The position numbers were made by a program, and so were the translations under genes. A stretch of DNA of 64,000 nucleotides from an uncultured candidate division Zixibacteria bacterium (GTDB lineage Bacteria; Zixibacteria; MSB-5A5; UBA10806). Location of the stretch: NCBI GenBank assembly GCA_963801605.1, contig CAWDFP010000011.1:32001-96000 (forward strand). The letters run 5' to 3'. Positions 58,910-64,000 of the stretch are shown here, in pieces; positions within the stretch are counted from its first letter, which is position 1, and each line of letters begins with the position of its first letter. Under the pieces are notes generated by a model, which worked only from the letters and a program-made list of their open reading frames with translations, ran no database searches and was not told the DNA's origin.

Positions 58910-61038
58910 GTGAAACGCTCCATTATTAGCATAATAATAGTCCTATCCTTGAGTGCCACCGGGCTGGCTCAGAATATTGATTATGTCGAATCAACCCTGT
59001 GGACTGGAATTGCGGATGTGGAAGTTGAAGGTAATTATGCCTACTGCGCTATCGGCAATGGGCTTTTGGTTCTTAATGTTAGCAATCCGTCCTCTCCCAG
59101 TTTTGAAAGCCGATTTTATCTTTCCGGCGGGTGCGTTTATCCTGAAGGGGCGTGCGGGATAGACGTTGTCGGCAAATACGCCTATATCGCCAACGGCGAT
59201 TCTGGCCTTCAGATAATAAACATTCAAGATCCAGCTAACCCGACGCTGGTTGGCGGTTACTGTACCTGGGGTATTGCCTACGATGTTTTCGTTTCCGGCG
59301 ATTATGCCTATGTGGCTGATGGAATAACCGGTCTGGTAATACTAAATATTTCCAATCCCGCATTTCCGTCATGGGTTGGAACATATGTAACGTCAGGCTC
59401 GGCCAACGGCGTGTATGTTTCGGGCAATTATGCTTATATTGCCGACGGCATGTCGGGACTCCAAATTGTGGAAATCAGCGATCCGGCCAATCCAGTCGAA
59501 AAAGGTCATTACGGAACACGGGATTATGCTTACGGAATAGCAATTTCAGGCGAATATGCTTATCTGGCTGATGCCAGTTACGGTCTTCAAGTGATAAATA
59601 TTTCCGATCCGGCCAGCCCTCGATTATCGGGATCTTTTTATATGGCGCGGGATTACGCCCTTGATGTCCAGATTTCAGGCACCTTCGCTTATATTGGCGA
59701 TGCTATGGCCGGACTCAGAATTATCGATATATCTAATCCTTCGAATCCTACTTTAGTCAGCGATAGTCCCACGGATGGATCAGCCACAGGCATTAGTGTT
59801 TTGGGAAGTTACGTATACGAGGCCGATAATTGGACGGGGCTTCGTATTTTAAATATCTCGTCGCCGGGGGTTCCGATACTTACCGGAAGTTACCAAACGC
59901 TCGATCCTCCTCAGGCGGTATTCGTATCGGCTAACTATGCCTATGTGGCCGCCTGGAATTCAGGACTTGAGATTGTTGACATATCGATTCCGAGTAACCC
60001 GGCAGTAGTGGGAGGCTCTAATACGCCGGGCTATGCCCAGGGCGTTTATGTTTCGGGCAATTATGCCTATGTGGCCGATGGTTACCAGGGGCTCAAAATA
60101 ATTAATATCTCAGATCCGACAAATCCGGTTCTGATTGGAACGGGTGGCGCGCCAGGCTCCACATATGATGTCGTTGTTTCGGACAATTATGCTTATTTAG
60201 CAAATTATGACGGCGGTCTGCAAATCCTCAATATTTCAAATCCAGCCTGGCCAGGATTAATCGGGGGATATGATACCTCAGGTTCTGCGTTCAGCGTTTT
60301 CGTTTCGGGAATTTACGCTTATGTGGTCAATCAATTTCCCGGCTTTGAAATTATTAATATTTCTGATCCTGCTCAATTCCCGCCTTAGTTGGCACTTATA
60401 CGGTATATTCAACCGTTTGGAGTGTATTTGTTGCGGGCAACTATGCGTATCTGGCTTGCGGATATTGGGGGCTATTAATATTTGATGTCTCCAACCCCGT
60501 TAATCCGCAGTTAGTAGTTAGATATGATACGCCGGGAGAAGCCTATGACGTAGCCGTTTCAGGTAATTATGCTTATGTGGCCGACGGGCTTTTCGGACTT
60601 CATATTATAGATATCAGCGATCCGGCCAATCCGTTTTGGATTGATGGCTACGATACGCCGGGGTTCGCCAAAAATGTTTTTCTCTCAGGGCAATATGCTT
60701 ATATCGCTGATGAGTACTCCCTGATGATTCTGCATTTAAGAACAATTGGGGTTGAGGAGGGAAATAATATTCCTCAAAGGTTTGCCCTTCTCCAAAACTA
60801 CCCCAATCCGTTTAATGCTCAAACAACAATTAAATATGGTATTCCAACATCTTCGGATGTGCTGTTGGAGATATATGATATCACAGGCCGAAAGCTCGAA
60901 ACACTCTTATCGGAGTATCAGGAAGCCGGGGAGCATCAGATTATTTGGAATGCAGGGGATAGGCCGTCGGGAATATATTTCTATAAGTTAAAAGCGGGGG
61001 AGATATCTAAAACTGATAGATGCATTTTGATAAAATAG
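58910..61038 (+). CDS. LVIVD-repeat protein with T9SS-type C-terminal domain; indel near 60375
   Basis: GTG start with signal peptide; LVIVD repeats continue across the shift (PALVGTYTVYSTVWSVFVAGNYAYLA) into the 60577 frame; LLQNYPNPFN..RCILIK. Confidence 0.88.
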
Positions 61039-61054
61039 ATTTCAATAAATGAAG

Positions 61055-61126
61055 AAGTGGTGTCAGGTTCGGGGACCTGACACCACTTGAATAGTGGTTC
61101 CGGGGACCACAGGGGTCCCCGGCTAC
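61055..61126. repeat. Two REP hairpins between convergent genes
   Basis: AAGTGGTGTCAGGTTCGGGGACCTGACACCACTT, and reverse-complement GTAGCCGGGGACCCCTGTGGTCCCCGG. Confidence 0.75.
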
Positions 61127-61141
61127 AACTCACAACTTGCC

Positions 61142-63348
61142 TTATCTCCCCAAGATTTCCAAACTCGCATATTTGGCCATGATCTTTTTAACTCCGGCGC
61201 GCTCAAAACGGATTGTTACCATCAGGTTTTCGCCCGATCCTTCTCGTCCGACAATTACGCCGTGTCCGAACTTATCATGTAGTACGGATGTGCCCAGCGG
61301 GAGTAGATCATCATAATCATACTCGGGTTCCGGGAAATGTTCTGTAGGCGTTTCTTTATGCACGTGCCGGGCCTGAGCGCCGTTTTTCGCTCCCCTGGAG
61401 TAGATATCGTTCCAGTAATTGAATCGCTCTAATTCTATTAACTCCTCCGGGAGATCCTTGAGAAACATCGACGGCCCGCCGGTAAAATCACCCCAACGTC
61501 TGCGAAATCCCGCCATCGAAAGATAAAGTTTGTTCTTGGCGCGGGTCATTCCCACGTAGCAGAGACGGCGCTCCTCCTCTAAATCCGCAGGCTGATCGAA
61601 TGATCGCTCCAGCGGAAAAAGACCATCTTCCATACCGGCCAGAAAAACCGTATCAAATTCCAACCCTTTGGCGGCGTGCAATGTCATAAGCGTTACCGCT
61701 GACGAGGCATTATTCCAGGTATCGATTTCAGCCAACAGCGCTACTTCCTCTAAAAAGCCTGCCAGGGACGGCGACTCGTTACGTTCGGCATATTCACGGA
61801 TACCGGCCACCACTTCGCCAACGTTTTCAGCGCGCACGTCGGATTCGGGAGTTTTCTCGTCCTCGAGCGCCCGCAGATAACCGGTTTCGGTGATAACTTT
61901 GCCGGCGATATCCTGCGGCTCAAGTTTGCCGACATCATCGGAAAGAGCCTTAAGTATTTTGACTAACTTATCAAGCTCGGCTTTGGCTTTCCCTTTGATT
62001 CCCAGTGATTCCAGCGGCAGGGAAAGAGCTTCGAGCATCGGTATTCCCTGAGACAACGCGAAAGCCTCCAGCTTAGCCACGCTGGTTTTGCCGATTCCGC
62101 GCCTGGGGCTGTTGATGATTCGCAGCAGCGCCAGATTATCCGCCGGATTTAACCAGTAACCGCAGGTACGCTATGATGTCTTTAACTTCAGCTCGCTCGT
62201 AAAACCGCACACCGCCCACGATGGTATATGGAAGCCCCTTGTAGCGCAGAATATCCTCGATTACACGCGATTGGGCATTAGTGCGGTACAGCACCGCGAA
62301 ATCGGATGGCGCTTTATCGTAAACCAATCCCAGGCGAATCTTTTCCACGACCGCCTCGGCCTCGTCGTGTTCATCACCGCAAAGAAGCAGCGTGATTTTG
62401 TCACCGCCGTCCTTTTCGGTGAATAAGCGCTTTTTCATGCGGCCCAGATTTTTCGAAACCACCTGGAAGGCGGCATCGAGGATAACCTGGGTGGAACGAT
62501 AATTTTGTTCGAGCTTGATGAGACTTTGGCCTCGGGGTAATCATCCTCGAAATCGAGAATGTTCGATATATCGGCGCCCCGCCAGGCATAGATCGATTGA
62601 TCATCGTCACCCACCACACACAGGTTATGATTCTTACCTGCTAAAAGATTTACCAGACGGTATTGGGCGTGATTGGTATCCTGGTCTCGTCAACGAGAAT
62701 ATATTTAAGCCGATCCTGATAATATTCCAGAATATCGGGATGCTGTACAAATAGCTCGACAACCTTCATCAGTAGATCGTCAAAATCAAAGGCATGACTT
62801 TGCGCCAAGCGCTTCTGGTATTCGGAATACACCTTAGCCACGTTTTGATCGAGGAAATCGGCGGCTTCATCCAGGAAATCGTCGGAGGTGATAAGCTGTT
62901 CTTTGGCGCGAGAAATCCGCACCTGTGCGGTTCCAAATGATGGCTGGCTATCGGGGATTCCCTTATCTTTATAAATTCTCTTTATCAACGCCAGCGATTC
63001 GGAATCATCATAGATTGAAAATGAACGTTTGTAGCCAAGCGCCTCGGAGTTATCGCGAAGCAATCGAGCGCAAAAAAGAGTGAAAGGTTGAAATCCAGAC
63101 GCGGCGACCTCGAAACCAAGCAGTTCGACTACTCGTTCCTTCATTTCCCCGGCGGCTTTGTTGGTGAATGTCACTGCCAGGATTTGATCGGGGCTGGCCG
63201 TATCGGTGGCGATCAGATGGGCGATTCGATGAGTGATAACCCTGGTCTTGCCCGACCCGGCTCCGGCTACCACCAGGAGGGGACCGTCGAGCTGTTCCAC
63301 TGCCTGACGTTGCGGTTCGTTTAGTCCTTCAAGATGCTTATATTTCAT
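61142..63348 (-). CDS. pcrA: UvrD/PcrA superfamily 1 DNA helicase; several indels (about 63090, 62680, 62520, 62150)
   Basis: [84 protein letters not shown]-terminal tudor-like HDKFGHG. Confidence 0.92.
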
Positions 63349-63443
63349 AGCGCGATAATATACGATATTATGACGATTTAACAAGTGGCCGGAGAAACTA
63401 TCATTGAATCAAACACCGAGACAGAATTATAAATTTCACTCAA

Positions 63444-63477
63444 TAAAAAAAGACAGGGCGGGGCGCTGTTCTTTTTT
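63444..63477. terminator. Possible terminator hairpin
   Basis: A-tract, GACAG..CTGTT stem, then T-tract, downstream of the minus-strand CTD gene. Confidence 0.4.
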
Positions 63478-63498
63478 AAGTATGGATAAATTGCCCAA

Positions 63499-64000
63499 CT
63501 ACTTCAAGAGCATAATCGGAATATTCTGTACTGCCTCGCCAAATGCGGCGCGGACGAAATACCTACCCGACGTAACTACATCGCCATTATCGGTGGTGCC
63601 ATTCCAGCTAATGGCGTGTTGTCCAGCCGTAAATTCGCGGTTGGCTAAGAGGGAGATTTTCCGGCCAAGAATATCATAAACCGCCAGCGATACCTTCCCG
63701 GCCTTTGGAAGTTCAAATCGAATCGTAGTCGATGAATTAAACGGATTGGGATAATTTTGAAGCAGTGCAAACGACTGGGGGAGTGTCGGAGCCGAGGGAT
63801 GGTCGATTCCCACAGCCTGGGTGCAATCGTAAAATCCGAGATTGGTGTAATCTCCGACGATTGCCAGATTACCCCTTACCACCATTCCGCCGGGGCTACC
63901 GGGAGTGTCATAAAGCCCAACCAATTCCGGCCGGCTGCCGTCGGTTACATCATAAATACAAAGTCCTATATTGCTGACAGTTAAAAAGGCGAGGTTATTG
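63499..64000 (-). CDS. C-terminal part of an LVIVD-repeat protein with T9SS-type CTD (5' end outside window)
   Basis: YDTPGSPGGMVVRGNLAIVGD, LLQNYPNPFNSSTTI, WNGTTDNG.VVTSGRYF..IMLLK. Confidence 0.8.
   Translation of the reverse strand, partial: NNLAFLTVSNIGLCIYDVTDGSRPELVGLYDTPGSPGGMVVRGNLAIVGDYTNLGFYDCTQAVGIDHPSAPTLPQSFALLQNYPNPFNSSTTIRFELPKAGKVSLAVYDILGRKISLLANREFTAGQHAISWNGTTDNGDVVTSGRYFVRAAFGEAVQNIPIMLLK

Noticed and set aside
54434..61038. Diversity-generating retroelement acting on the LVIVD genes
   Set aside because: No reverse transcriptase, and no TR/VR pair differing only at adenines was seen; the similarity is ordinary paralogy
61142..63348. pcrA/uvrD as a true pseudogene
   Set aside because: The recognisable helicase motifs are intact and only indels interrupt the gene, as in essential ileS and dnaX; sequencing error is more likely

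Overview
This is a 64-kb chromosomal window from a diderm bacterium of the FCB group or a relative. Zixibacteria-like affinity is inferred from a dockerin-like 'GDxNG..NGxDVTY.V.YFKGGP' domain, SprA and many T9SS-type C-terminal sorting domains. Most of it is housekeeping: the rsgA 3' end, wzx with a GT9, a Bacillus-like yggS-divIVA-PNP-ileS-dksA-lspA-rluD cluster, glmM-glmS, tRNA-Ala/large SRP RNA-dnaX-ybaB-recR, recG, murB, rpmB and uvrD/pcrA. The cell-surface content is the most interesting part. (i) A minus-strand run encodes SprA, an M28 lipoprotein, a DUF4097 protein, an SppA fused behind a PorV/PorQ-like beta-barrel, and two M16 peptidases. (ii) A signal-peptide fibre protein with an S74 intramolecular-chaperone domain is paired with a small dockerin-like partner. 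(iii) Four LVIVD-repeat proteins carry T9SS-type CTDs. Intergenic DNA holds many REP-like hairpin families with compensatory changes, with a hotspot at 12.3-14.2 kb. Three coding segments are missed or mis-called by the ORF track: a 36-aa ArfA-like basic protein, a two-TM membrane protein, and the M28 lipoprotein N-terminus, which needs a CTG start. At least 11 genes, including essential ones, carry small indels, most likely long-read sequencing errors. No CRISPR array, transposase, prophage or reverse transcriptase was seen. All calls come from motif recognition by eye; no searches were run.
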